From the IMG/VR virus record IMGVR_UViG_3300032277_000035, positions 1 through 35,827 of that record: a stretch of 35,827 bases of DNA; one strand, given 5' to 3'. The position numbers were made by a program, and so were the translations under genes. Positions 1 through 9,056 of this stretch are shown here, one piece after another. This DNA is from a virus (taxonomy: Duplodnaviria; Caudoviricetes). The notes under the pieces were generated by a model. The model saw only the letters and a list, made by a program, of their open reading frames with translations. It was not told the origin of the DNA and did not search any database. Every line of letters begins with the position of its first letter. The stretch's first letter is position 1.

Positions 1-55
1 ATGGTCAGCTTAAGAAATAAGGCATACATAACGCTTATTGCACTGATTTAGTAAT
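1..55. repeat. Terminal direct repeat (assembly overlap), left copy
   Basis: 1-55 is identical to 35773-35827. A 55-nt overlap is typical of a k=55 circular contig. Confidence 0.95.
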
Positions 56-85
56 TAGGGTTTATGGTTCGAATGTGAGGTTAAT

Positions 86-238
86 ATGATATGTCCAGTA
101 TGTGAAAAAGAAAAAGGCGAAGATTTAATGCAAATTCATCCTATTTACGATGATTATATGTGTTACGAGTGCTTGCCTGACGATATTCGCGTGAAATTTG
201 ACGAATCTATAACCAAGCAGACTACAGACCAAAACTAG
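86..238 (+). CDS. Small zinc-finger protein (50 aa; not in ORF track)
   Basis: MICPVCEKEKGEDLMQIHPIYDDYMCYECLPDD... has two CxxC motifs. GAGG RBS at 77-80. Confidence 0.65.
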   Translation: MICPVCEKEKGEDLMQIHPIYDDYMCYECLPDDIRVKFDESITKQTTDQN

Positions 239-282
239 ATAATGGTGAGAACACAAATAACTTTAATAACTAAGAGATAAAC

Positions 283-615
283 ATGAGCTTAGAAAAAGAA
301 AAACTAGAAAGAGAAAAAGCAGAATTCAGAAAGCAATTTAAAGAATGGGTTGACTCTGAAATAACTAAAGGTGCTTATAAGAGCGCAGCCGATGCATGCA
401 GGCAAATAGCCTATGATGAGTTAAAGGTGTCGCACAAGAACTCAGTACATCACTTACTTTATGGTGAGGTCTATCCAGTACAGCCGCATTTTGTAGAAAT
501 ACTGAGTGAATTAACCGGCATTAATCCTCATATTATGAATCCAGACGTATGGAAAAAATACCAACATGGTTATTTCAAAAATGGGAATTGGATTTGTTCA
601 AGAAAACGAAAATAA
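283..615 (+). CDS. Cro/YdaS-like DNA-binding regulator
   Basis: HTH-like core (SAADACRQIA...VSHKNSVHHLL) followed by VEILSELTGINPHIMNPDVW, resembling the IE..TG.....LRPD.W/F tail of Cro/YdaS-type proteins. Confidence 0.55.
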   Translation: MSLEKEKLEREKAEFRKQFKEWVDSEITKGAYKSAADACRQIAYDELKVSHKNSVHHLLYGEVYPVQPHFVEILSELTGINPHIMNPDVWKKYQHGYFKNGNWICSRKRK

Positions 616-625
616 GGAGTAAATA

Positions 626-928
626 ATGGAATTAAATGTAAATATAGATCCAGATCAAATTAACAAGATGGTATCCGATGCGGTCTTAGATAGCGCGTTA
701 GGTGAGCAAGTAAAGAAAACTATAGCCGAGCAAGTGAAGGCTATGAGTGGATCTTATAATAATCCGCTTGAGGCCGTCATTAAGCTACATATTTCCGACA
801 TAGTTCAGCAGGTTTTAATTAATGATTATGCTGATGAGCTAAAAACTAAGATAGCAGAATCGGTTGCTGAGAAGATGAAAAATGAGTTCATTAGCGATAT
901 TATTGAGGCAGGGCTTAGAAGATACTAA
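626..928 (+). CDS. Hypothetical alpha-helical protein
   Basis: 100-aa ORF with strong AAGGAG RBS. Confidence 0.75.
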   Translation: MELNVNIDPDQINKMVSDAVLDSALGEQVKKTIAEQVKAMSGSYNNPLEAVIKLHISDIVQQVLINDYADELKTKIAESVAEKMKNEFISDIIEAGLRRY

Positions 929-950
929 ATCTTAAACAAGAGGGTAATTT

Positions 951-1031
951 ATGTTTGATGGTATAACGATAGAAAAATCAGATTTACCAAGATTGAGCAA
1001 TCAATTCAATAGGGTCTTTGCTTATACCTGA
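951..1031 (+). pseudogene. Truncated N-terminal remnant of a phage winged-HTH gene
   Basis: MFDGITIEKSDLPRLSNQFNRVFAYT* with GAGG RBS. Resembles the FDG..D..RL..Q..RV start of a common phage HTH family but stops after 26 aa. Confidence 0.4.
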
Positions 1032-1192
1032 TGAATAGTCTAACTAAACTCTTCATAATGGTAGCTACCTGTATTTTTGAAGTAGTCCTTCTTGTTGCGT
1101 GTTGGATATTAGTTTTTATTTGGCCAAGTATGGGTATTAAGCTGACAAAATGGTCTTTAGCTTTACCTACTAAAAAGTGGTATCCGTTTTGA
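1031..1192 (+). CDS. Small membrane protein (53 aa; not in ORF track)
   Basis: MNSLTKLFIMVATCIFEVVLLVACWILVFIWPSMG... has a long hydrophobic stretch. TGATG overlap upstream, TTGA overlap downstream. Confidence 0.6.
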   Translation: MNSLTKLFIMVATCIFEVVLLVACWILVFIWPSMGIKLTKWSLALPTKKWYPF

Positions 1193-1626
1193 GTATAAAA
1201 ATAACAAAATACGACAAGCTCCTAAGAACCTTACTCTTAAAGAAGCAAAAGTATACTTGCCAACGATGTAAAACAAAGTATTCAGAGGTTAGAAGTGAGT
1301 GCCAAGGGCTTCATGTAAGTCATTATTACGGACGCGGCAATTGGCTAACTAGATTAGATTTTAATAATGTTGACCTTCATTGTCATGGTTGTCACGCATA
1401 CTTAGGTGGAAACCCCCACATGTTTAAGGAGTGGAAGTTTGACGCTTTAGGTGAGGCTGAGTATTCTATGTTAGTACTTAAGGCTAATTCTACCTTTAAA
1501 GACTTTTTTGGATTTAAGAAAGCGGTTTATTTAGAGCAGTGGCACGAATGGGCTAAAGATGAGACTAAGAAAATAAAGGCTCTAGGCGATGATTATGATA
1601 TTAACGATATCATGAATCCGCTATGA
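1177..1626 (+). CDS. ninG: NinG/Rap-like HNH recombination endonuclease (likely start TTG 1189)
   Basis: YTCQRC...LHVSHYYGRG...RLDFNNVDLHCHGCH: CxxC, H, N and CxxCH pattern of the NinG family. Confidence 0.75.
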   Translation: MVSVLSIKITKYDKLLRTLLLKKQKYTCQRCKTKYSEVRSECQGLHVSHYYGRGNWLTRLDFNNVDLHCHGCHAYLGGNPHMFKEWKFDALGEAEYSMLVLKANSTFKDFFGFKKAVYLEQWHEWAKDETKKIKALGDDYDINDIMNPL

Positions 1627-1665
1627 GGCTACAAAGAACAACTAAAAATATTAAGGGGGTAATTT

Positions 1666-2091
1666 ATGAGTAACGCTAAAAGAGAATTTTTACTAGTAAA
1701 ACTGCATGAGCTATCTAATGCAGAGCCAATGGATATTGAATCAGATGATTTTGAAATTTGCGGTGAAAATATTAAAGGGGAAGATTTCTGCATTGAAGAA
1801 AGTATTGTTAAAACGGCTCTTGATGCGCTTAAATGCATCGAAGAACAACAAGCCAAGATAGATAAGCTAAAGGACGAGCTCGAAAGAACCAAAGAAGCCG
1901 AGTTACTAAATAAACGGTTAGAAGGTTTAGCATTAAGCGAGATATATGGGCTAGAGAAGGCTATCAGTAAAATATCAAGCTCTATATATAGCTCAGAGAT
2001 TGCTACGGAAACGGAACCTTATAGCTGCCTTATCCGTGAAATTGAGAAAGCCCTAGCAGAGCTAGAGGAAAATAATGAAACTACAAAATAG
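1666..2091 (+). CDS. Hypothetical coiled-coil protein
   Basis: 141-aa ORF with AGGGGG RBS, in operon. Confidence 0.7.
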   Translation: MSNAKREFLLVKLHELSNAEPMDIESDDFEICGENIKGEDFCIEESIVKTALDALKCIEEQQAKIDKLKDELERTKEAELLNKRLEGLALSEIYGLEKAISKISSSIYSSEIATETEPYSCLIREIEKALAELEENNETTK

Positions 2092-2266
2092 AAAATCATG
2101 TACTGGCTGTATGGCCTATATTGGCGGTGAATGTTCGCTTAACTTCCCATTAGCTAGAATATCACCAGACAATGAAGAGCGTATCGGTGGTTATAAGCCT
2201 AAGAATAAATGCTATAAGCCAAAAACAAACGAAAATGTTAATAAATTATTTGAGTTGCTTGCGTGA
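2075..2266 (+). CDS. Small Cys-rich hypothetical protein
   Basis: CTGC...C...C motif, GAGG RBS, overlaps both neighbours. Confidence 0.6.
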   Translation: MKLQNRKSCTGCMAYIGGECSLNFPLARISPDNEERIGGYKPKNKCYKPKTNENVNKLFELLA

Positions 2267-2730
2267 ACCCACTAGATACAGGTGAGATATTCCAGTTTGA
2301 GGGATTAAATCCTAATCCATCATTCAGTAAAACAAAAGATGGGCCAGTATTTCGGGTGTCATTTGAAGTCACTCAAGAGCAATGGGAGGACTTCGTTAAC
2401 GGTAATACGGCTGGAATGATTGTTGAGGCTCAAATGCGAGTTACAGAGCAGCACGTAAAACCAGAAGAAAAGCCAAAAGGAGGTAAAATGTCAATCCAAG
2501 CCGCTATGATGTGCAAAGAGCCTGATTTTCAAGAATATGCCGCTTATGTGTTTGATACGATTGAGCCAGAAACTAAGCATATTATTGATGAAGCAACCGC
2601 TAAAAACCTCGTTTACCGTAAATGCTTAATAACATCACGCTCAGAACTCGACCACTTAGATGAATCCGCTAAGTTGTACGGCGAATTAATGGCAGCTTAT
2701 AACGTATGGTGTAGTAAAAAAGATAATTAA
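2263..2730 (+). CDS. Conserved-type phage hypothetical protein
   Basis: 155 aa with GTGA overlap. KGG.MS..AAMMC.EP.FQ and SRSELD motifs are typical of phage nin-region proteins. Confidence 0.7.
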   Translation: MNPLDTGEIFQFEGLNPNPSFSKTKDGPVFRVSFEVTQEQWEDFVNGNTAGMIVEAQMRVTEQHVKPEEKPKGGKMSIQAAMMCKEPDFQEYAAYVFDTIEPETKHIIDEATAKNLVYRKCLITSRSELDHLDESAKLYGELMAAYNVWCSKKDN

Positions 2731-2739
2731 TGCAGTAAA

Positions 2740-2768
2740 TTGTATATTTAAGACTTAACGCATATAAT
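2740..2768 (+). promoter_or_regulatory. Sigma70-type promoter
   Basis: TTGTAT (2740-2745), 17 nt, TATAAT (2763-2768), directly upstream of the 2785-7126 module. Confidence 0.6.
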
Positions 2769-2784
2769 AAGGGAATGAAATCCT

Positions 2785-3399
2785 TTGACGTTAAGGAAAC
2801 TAAAATATATGAGCGATATTTCAAAAAAGAAAATACTTTGCATATTGCCGAAGGTTTTTATTTTAAGCCTTTTTTGCGTAACATTACCCTTTACAATGGT
2901 ATCAGCAAACGCGACAGAGACTTACGTGTTGCAGCCAGACGCGAGCAAACCCTTATCCGGTGTGATAGGAAATAGGGATTTTTGTGTCACTTTTGATATG
3001 GCTTTAAAGTCAGATAGACCTTTTGCAGAATCAAATCCATTAACGATTAATCAAGCTCGAATAAAATATAGCTGGACTCCCTTAACCGTTGAAAATTCAG
3101 CGCTATGTGAATTACTTAAAAATAAAGATATTGCAGATAATGGCGTAAATCCAACTCCAAACCCAACCCCAACCCCAGAAACATGGAGAGCTTATTCTTC
3201 TCGTGGCTATGCAACCATACCCGCATTTGAGGCTATTAATACCGATGGCGTTTACACTAAGGGAAAAGAAGTTGATAGAGCAACTGTAGGGACTTTATGT
3301 GGGAATATTATCGTTAAAACGTACGCTAATCCAAATATACAATATAGATTAACTCATATAAACAGTATCAATAGAATAATATACTGTAGGAAAAATTAA
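2785..3399 (+). CDS. Exported protein with signal peptide and Pro/Thr linker (true start probably the internal Met of MSDISKKK)
   Basis: KKK, hydrophobic core and ANA cleavage-like site. NPTPNPTPTPET linker between two Cys-containing domains. Confidence 0.65.
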   Translation: MTLRKLKYMSDISKKKILCILPKVFILSLFCVTLPFTMVSANATETYVLQPDASKPLSGVIGNRDFCVTFDMALKSDRPFAESNPLTINQARIKYSWTPLTVENSALCELLKNKDIADNGVNPTPNPTPTPETWRAYSSRGYATIPAFEAINTDGVYTKGKEVDRATVGTLCGNIIVKTYANPNIQYRLTHINSINRIIYCRKN

Positions 3400-3650
3400 T
3401 GGCAATTATCACCCAAAAGAATTTAGCAAAACACTCGAAAGCAATGTCTCGAAATAGAACAGCTAATTATGAAAAAATAGACTTTTACCTAGCGTTACAA
3501 GCCGTTGTTGATTTACTGGGTCAAGCTTCAACTCGTAGCGCTATTGATGCCGCTATCGAAGGAGTAGCTCCTTTGGTATTTAATGCGCCACAGAAAAAAA
3601 GAATTTTTGCTAGAGCGGCTAAAGAAATGTTCAGACAGGAGTCAGTGTAG
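3399..3650 (+). CDS. Hypothetical protein
   Basis: 83 aa, TAATG coupling. Confidence 0.7.
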   Translation: MAIITQKNLAKHSKAMSRNRTANYEKIDFYLALQAVVDLLGQASTRSAIDAAIEGVAPLVFNAPQKKRIFARAAKEMFRQESV

Positions 3651-4142
3651 ATGGCAACTTTTCAACTTGAAATAGGTCCAGAAGGATTTAAGCCTAACAT
3701 ATCAGGGGTATATCTTCAGCCTTATTCGTTTATTGATACAGCAACTATTTTAGACCCCATAGTATTATGTTTTGATAATACAGGCACAAAGATCGGCGCC
3801 GCAAAATCATTTACCGTCCCTCAAAACTATATAGGAACACCAAATTTAACAGTACTCTGGAATGCTAACGCAACGGTAGGCACAGGAAAAATAGACTTAT
3901 CTTATCTTAATCGTACCGATGCTGAAGATATGGGTGCGGCTGCACAATCAACGACAGATACAACCACTACAACGACAGACGGCACAGCCTTTGGGTTGAA
4001 TAGAACGACTTTAGCTCTAACCGCTGGTGATTTTGTAGCAGGTGATATATCAATGATGGAAGTCTTCAGGGACTCAGCTACTGATACGTTAGCGGTAACT
4101 TTAATGGTACACAAGATAATATTTGAGTATTCGGACGCTTAA
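3651..4142 (+). CDS. Beta-sandwich-type putative structural protein
   Basis: Thr/Gly/Ala-rich with alternating beta-strand pattern, abuts neighbours. Confidence 0.6.
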   Translation: MATFQLEIGPEGFKPNISGVYLQPYSFIDTATILDPIVLCFDNTGTKIGAAKSFTVPQNYIGTPNLTVLWNANATVGTGKIDLSYLNRTDAEDMGAAAQSTTDTTTTTTDGTAFGLNRTTLALTAGDFVAGDISMMEVFRDSATDTLAVTLMVHKIIFEYSDA

Positions 4143-4930
4143 TGTCTTTTTTACATAACGCAATTACAGAGCAAATTGATTTTGGTAATCTTTCGCTAGC
4201 CACCAATCAATTTACTGTATTGCATTGGCTAGAGCCTGATAATGTTGACGCGACTTACAGACAAATAAGCGGAGAGGTCAGGGCTGCTGGTAAAATCAGA
4301 ATGATGACTTCTAATAACACGGCCGCAGGTCAAATGTTGTTTCAAGTTCCACAAGATGTAACAGGAACTATAAATTGTACAGCCGCAACAAATACGATGA
4401 CAGCAAACGTTTGGCAGTTCATAGTGTTTCGGTTTGATAACTCAGACGGCACACAGAAATGTAGAATCTATCGAGGCACACTTACCTCAATAGCCGCAGA
4501 AGTAAGTTATGCAAGCTCAAGTGATACAGGTACACCCGCAGCGAGTAATTCAAGTTCTTTTTTAGTAGGTAAAGACGATACAACATCTTTTCCCTATACA
4601 GGGAAATCAGCCAGTACTGTTGTCTACAACAATAAAGCCCTGACATTAAACGAAATTATACAACATCAATTTAGTATGATGCCTAAGACAACCGGCTCAG
4701 TTTTATGGGCAGAACATGGTTGGTCAGGCACAACAACTCAAGTAGATTATTCAGGGCAAGGAAATAATGGGACTATTACAGGCCTGACAGTTTCTGATCA
4801 CGTCCCTTTAAGCAATCCATTTGGTTCAGTAAATAGTACTCCTTATGTTGTAGCGGTTAGTGGCGCAACAGGAAAATCAAATCCATTATACGGCTGCTTC
4901 GGCGGCTCTTTACAAGGCGCAATAGGGTAA
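4142..4930 (+). CDS. LamG / concanavalin A-like lectin-fold protein
   Basis: FTVLHW, NVWQFIVFRFD, RIYRG, VYNNKALTLNEI and DYSGQGNNGTITG are LamG-like signatures. Confidence 0.8.
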   Translation: MSFLHNAITEQIDFGNLSLATNQFTVLHWLEPDNVDATYRQISGEVRAAGKIRMMTSNNTAAGQMLFQVPQDVTGTINCTAATNTMTANVWQFIVFRFDNSDGTQKCRIYRGTLTSIAAEVSYASSSDTGTPAASNSSSFLVGKDDTTSFPYTGKSASTVVYNNKALTLNEIIQHQFSMMPKTTGSVLWAEHGWSGTTTQVDYSGQGNNGTITGLTVSDHVPLSNPFGSVNSTPYVVAVSGATGKSNPLYGCFGGSLQGAIG

Positions 4931-4933
4931 ATT

Positions 4934-6058
4934 ATGCAGTATTTAGGTGATTTTTCAGAAGATGCAACGGTTTATATCCCGTTTAATACTTTCTCAAGCA
5001 ATGACCCGCAAGCATCTGTCACAGCAACTACACTAGCTAATACAGATATATACGTTCACAAAGATGGAAGTATTACTGATATAGTGACAGATGGGGCAAC
5101 CGTAGTAATAGATTTTGATGGTATAGCAGGCAACCACTTGCTCACTATTGATACCAGTGCGAGTGCGGATTACTCCATAGGCTCTGATTACCTAGTAAGA
5201 ATCGAGGGAATGACCGTAGATGCTGGCTTAGTAAATGCTATTGTAGGAAGCTTCTCAATTGAAAACAGATATAACGATGTAAATGTAGTTACTGTTAGCG
5301 GAACAGCACAAACAGCAAACGATAATGGGGCAGATATAAACACTCTATTAACAAGAATCGTTGGTACTCTCGCAACAGGAACGCATAACCCCGCAACAGC
5401 CGCACAAATTGCCGTACTAAGCGATTGGATAAACGGCGGCCGATTAGATTTATTACTAGACGCTATTCCTACAACCGCTATGAGAGGAACAGATAACGCA
5501 GGACTAGCCTCTGAATTAGCTAAAGTTCCTAAATCAGATAGTACAGTCTCATGGAATGCAACGGCTTTAGCTTCAATTAACGCTGAAGCTGATACAGCAT
5601 TGACCGATTATGGTGCAAATACAACAACGCCTTTAAATGCTGCAGGTGTTAGAGCGGCATTAGGATTAGCAACTGCAAATATGGACACACAATTTGCAGC
5701 AAGTACTACCGCAACAGGTTTTGCGACTGAAGTTAAGCAGGATGCTCAAGATTTAATCATTACAGAGACAAGATTAGCAGAGTTAGACGCGGCTAATTTA
5801 CCGGCAAATGTTGATGACTTGAAACTAGGTATCATATTCGGTACAGCCGCCACAGGCACTTTATCTACTACGGTAGCGACAAGTGACTTAACAGGATATG
5901 CAGACGATCAACTAATAGGCCGAGTCATAATCTGGACATCTGGCGCTTGTGATGGAGAAGGAGCAGACATAACTGACTATGCAAGCCTTAATGGTACATT
6001 AACCTTTACCGCCTTAACAACTGCACCAGCCAATACAGATACATTTAAAATCGTATAA
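4934..6058 (+). CDS. Fibre-like putative structural protein
   Basis: Beta-rich N-terminal domain, Ala/Thr-rich helical middle, C-terminal DDQLIGRVIIWTSG..DG...ITDY domain like those in phage fibre proteins. Confidence 0.6.
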   Translation: MQYLGDFSEDATVYIPFNTFSSNDPQASVTATTLANTDIYVHKDGSITDIVTDGATVVIDFDGIAGNHLLTIDTSASADYSIGSDYLVRIEGMTVDAGLVNAIVGSFSIENRYNDVNVVTVSGTAQTANDNGADINTLLTRIVGTLATGTHNPATAAQIAVLSDWINGGRLDLLLDAIPTTAMRGTDNAGLASELAKVPKSDSTVSWNATALASINAEADTALTDYGANTTTPLNAAGVRAALGLATANMDTQFAASTTATGFATEVKQDAQDLIITETRLAELDAANLPANVDDLKLGIIFGTAATGTLSTTVATSDLTGYADDQLIGRVIIWTSGACDGEGADITDYASLNGTLTFTALTTAPANTDTFKIV

Positions 6059-6798
6059 TGGCTTTCTCAGGCTCACAAGTAACACGAATAGGTCTATACG
6101 GAGGCACTAGGTCGCCTTATGGTGCTTTTACAGGCAAAGCCCTTGCCCCGCCTGTCTTTTCAGGTACTATCCCTGATGTATCGTATAGTTTCGATTCTGG
6201 AAACCAGATCACGGATTACAGTACTTATTTCACAGGCGCAACAAGTTACAGTATTAGCCCTGTCGTTGAGACTGGATGGGGTTTTGATACCATTACGGGT
6301 ATTTTAACGGTAGACACGGACGACTCTAATACCTTTGGCCCATACACGATTACTGGCACTAATTTAAGCGGTAGTGATAGCTCTAACGCCTTTTCAATAA
6401 CCGTAAACGCAGCAATAGCGGAGATAGTTGGCGGCGGCGGGTGGGCTTATGCTTATGAAGATGAAATCCTAAAAAGAAAAGCTAAAAGGAAGGAATTAGA
6501 CGAATTAGAAGAAAAAGCCAAAAAGATTCAAGACAAATTAGACCGCGAACTTGCGCTAGAGCTAAAGAAAGAGCTTGAAGACCAAGAAAGAGTAAATGAG
6601 CTTAATCGACTCGCTAAGTTAGCTCAAAAACATGAAACTGATGTTATTCAATTAGGCGACAGAGTTGAAATTGCATACAACCGAGCTATTTTAAGTTATA
6701 ATTACTCTGCTATGGAGGCGTTAGAAAGAACAATTCGACAGGCAAAAGAAGAGGAAGAATGGTTGATTCAGATTACAATGGAACTTATAAATGAGTGA
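6058..6798 (+). CDS. Ig/cadherin-like domain plus charged coiled-coil protein
   Basis: PVFSGTIPD...YFTGATSYS...GFDTITGILT...YTITGTN...FSITV (He_PIG/cadherin-like), then GGGG and a K/E-rich coiled coil. Confidence 0.65.
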   Translation: MAFSGSQVTRIGLYGGTRSPYGAFTGKALAPPVFSGTIPDVSYSFDSGNQITDYSTYFTGATSYSISPVVETGWGFDTITGILTVDTDDSNTFGPYTITGTNLSGSDSSNAFSITVNAAIAEIVGGGGWAYAYEDEILKRKAKRKELDELEEKAKKIQDKLDRELALELKKELEDQERVNELNRLAKLAQKHETDVIQLGDRVEIAYNRAILSYNYSAMEALERTIRQAKEEEEWLIQITMELINE

Positions 6799-7126
6799 AG
6801 TGTATATTAATATTCCGCAACTAAAACAGAAGGAAGGTTCTAGCTTCACGGCAACGGCTTTCTTTAGATTAGATGATGCAGCGAACGCCCCAACAACGGC
6901 AAGTTATAGAATTGACTGCTTATCAACAGGTAAAGTCCTACAAGACTGGACAAGCTTAACGCCAGCGGTCAGTAATACAATCGCAATAACCGCAACACAC
7001 AATGCAATACAGAATCAGTCGAATAAGTTTGAAAAAAAACAAATATCGGTGGCCGCTAATCCTGACACAGCAACACAAGTCAGAGAGTCGGTCGAGTATA
7101 AAATCGAAAATATACGCAACTTTTAA
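6791..7126 (+). CDS. Small Ig-like/beta-sandwich hypothetical protein
   Basis: 111 aa, beta-rich pattern, immediately precedes the terminase. Confidence 0.6.
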   Translation: MSEVYINIPQLKQKEGSSFTATAFFRLDDAANAPTTASYRIDCLSTGKVLQDWTSLTPAVSNTIAITATHNAIQNQSNKFEKKQISVAANPDTATQVRESVEYKIENIRNF

Positions 7127-7192
7127 TGTAAGTTAGTGCTTACTAACAATGAAACATTGCATAATGCAATCAAATAGATAGATTGAGTCAAT

Positions 7193-7477
7193 ATGGCAGC
7201 AGGCGCACCAATAGGAAACAAGAATGGAGCTAACGCTAAATTATGGCGCGCCGCTATTACTCGCGCCTTAGATAAACGTACAAAGCTTGAAGGTAAAGAG
7301 GCTATGGATGAATTAGCCGAAAAACTATTAACTTTATGTGATGAAGGCAATCTAGGAGCTTTGCAGGAATTAGGCTCAAGGATAGAAGGCAAACCAGCGC
7401 AAAGCATGGATGTTAATTTAACGGCAATGTCACACGAGGATGCCTTATCAGCATTAGAAAATGGCTCAGACGACTGA
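7193..7477 (+). CDS. terS: Terminase small subunit
   Basis: GAPIGNKNG N-terminal motif, A..EL..RIEGKP.Q motif, overlaps TerL. Confidence 0.75.
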   Translation: MAAGAPIGNKNGANAKLWRAAITRALDKRTKLEGKEAMDELAEKLLTLCDEGNLGALQELGSRIEGKPAQSMDVNLTAMSHEDALSALENGSDD

Positions 7478-9005
7478 GATAACAGAAAAAGAAATTGCTC
7501 TACGACTAAGATTAAAGGATGAATTTGAGTTCTACGCTAGCCGATGTTTAAAGATTCGACCAAAAGATGGACAAGTCAAGCCGCTTATCCTTAACAAAGC
7601 GCAATTACACATTCATAGAAAGCTAGAAGCACAGCTACACTCCACTGGAAAGGTTAGAGCTAATATCCTTAAGGGTAGACAGCAAGGCTGTTCAACCTAC
7701 GTTGAAGGACGCTTCTATTGGAAAACAACCCATCGTTACGGTGTCCGCGCTTTCATCCTTACTCATGAAGATGAGGCCACTAAAAACCTGTTTGAAATGG
7801 CTCAGCGATTCCATGACCAAAACAACCCTCTAGTAAAACCATCAACCGGCGGCAATAATGCAAAGGAATTGTATTTTAATGCCCTAGATTCTGGTTACAA
7901 GGTGGGAACAGCAAGAACAAAGGGAACAGGACGAAGCTCTACCATTCAATACTTTCATGGCTCAGAGGTTGCTTTCTGGCCTCATGCAGAAGACCACGCT
8001 AAGGGCGTAATGCAAGCCATACCCGATGCAGATGGAACAGAAGTTATTAGAGAGTCTACCGCAAATGGTGTCGGAAATTATTTCCATCAACAATGGAAAG
8101 CCGCTGAACGCGGAGAAGGCGAGTACATTAATATATTTATCCCTTGGTTCTGGCAAGAAGAATACAAGAAACCTATCCCTATTGACTTCGTTATCACTGA
8201 TGAAGAAACAAAGCTAGCTGAGCAATACGAACTTAGTTACGAGCAGTTAACGTGGCGAAGGGTTAAAATAACAGAATTATCGGTTAATGGTGCAGATGGA
8301 GAGGCCGCATTTAAACAAGAGTACCCTTGCAATTCTGCTGAGGCTTTCCAGTTGACGGGGAAAGTTGGATTAATCAAGCCTGATGTAGTAAATAAAGCGC
8401 GAATGTGTACCGTTAATGGAAATGGGATGCTTATTGTTGGCGTTGATCCATCAAGAGGAGGAGACAGATTCTCTATTATTAAGCGACAAGGGCGTAAGGC
8501 TTACGAGTTACAAAGCTGGAATGGTGATGCAGTCGATAAACTCGGTAAACAAGTGTCTAAGTGTAAAAAGGTGCTTGATGAGGCTTGCCCAGTTGCCAAA
8601 AAGATTCCAGATATGATGTTTATTGATGCTGGTGGCGGTGCCGACTTGGTTGATAGGCTTCACGAGTTAGGTTATGAGAAAAGAGTCAAGGCGATTGCTT
8701 TCGGCTCATCCCCACTTGATGCCGATAGATATGTTAATAAACGTGGTGAAATGTGGGGAGGTTTAAATCTTTGGTTAACCGATGAAAACTTAGACGTAGA
8801 CATTCCAGATGAAGACACGCTCCACGCTGATTTATGCGCTTCGTTATTCCGCAGAGATAGCCACGATAGAATAATTTTACTTCCAAAAGAGAAGATAAAA
8901 GAAGAGTTAGGTTACTCACCTGATGAGGGAGACGCATTAGCTTTAACATTTGCAGAGCCAGTGAATCCACCAATGGATCAAGACCCCTACTCTGGATTTA
9001 GATAG
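7461..9005 (+). CDS. terL: Terminase large subunit
   Basis: Walker A LKGRQQGCST, Walker B FHGSEVAFW, ESTANG coupling motif, nuclease motifs GVDPSRGGD and SPDEGDALAL. Confidence 0.95.
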   Translation: MAQTTEITEKEIALRLRLKDEFEFYASRCLKIRPKDGQVKPLILNKAQLHIHRKLEAQLHSTGKVRANILKGRQQGCSTYVEGRFYWKTTHRYGVRAFILTHEDEATKNLFEMAQRFHDQNNPLVKPSTGGNNAKELYFNALDSGYKVGTARTKGTGRSSTIQYFHGSEVAFWPHAEDHAKGVMQAIPDADGTEVIRESTANGVGNYFHQQWKAAERGEGEYINIFIPWFWQEEYKKPIPIDFVITDEETKLAEQYELSYEQLTWRRVKITELSVNGADGEAAFKQEYPCNSAEAFQLTGKVGLIKPDVVNKARMCTVNGNGMLIVGVDPSRGGDRFSIIKRQGRKAYELQSWNGDAVDKLGKQVSKCKKVLDEACPVAKKIPDMMFIDAGGGADLVDRLHELGYEKRVKAIAFGSSPLDADRYVNKRGEMWGGLNLWLTDENLDVDIPDEDTLHADLCASLFRRDSHDRIILLPKEKIKEELGYSPDEGDALALTFAEPVNPPMDQDPYSGFR

Positions 9006-9012
9006 TAAGTAC

Positions 9013-9040
9013 TTGCTTACATTCTACAATGCGCTACAAT
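9013..9040 (+). promoter_or_regulatory. Possible sigma70 promoter before portal
   Basis: TTGCTT, 16 nt, TACAAT in the TerL-portal gap. Confidence 0.4.
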
Positions 9041-9056
9041 AACACTATCCTTCATA

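Noticed and set aside
2775-2975. 66-aa ORF overlapping the exported-protein gene
   Set aside because: It has a plausible RBS but lies almost wholly within a longer ORF with coherent signal-peptide and domain structure. Not excluded, but unsupported.
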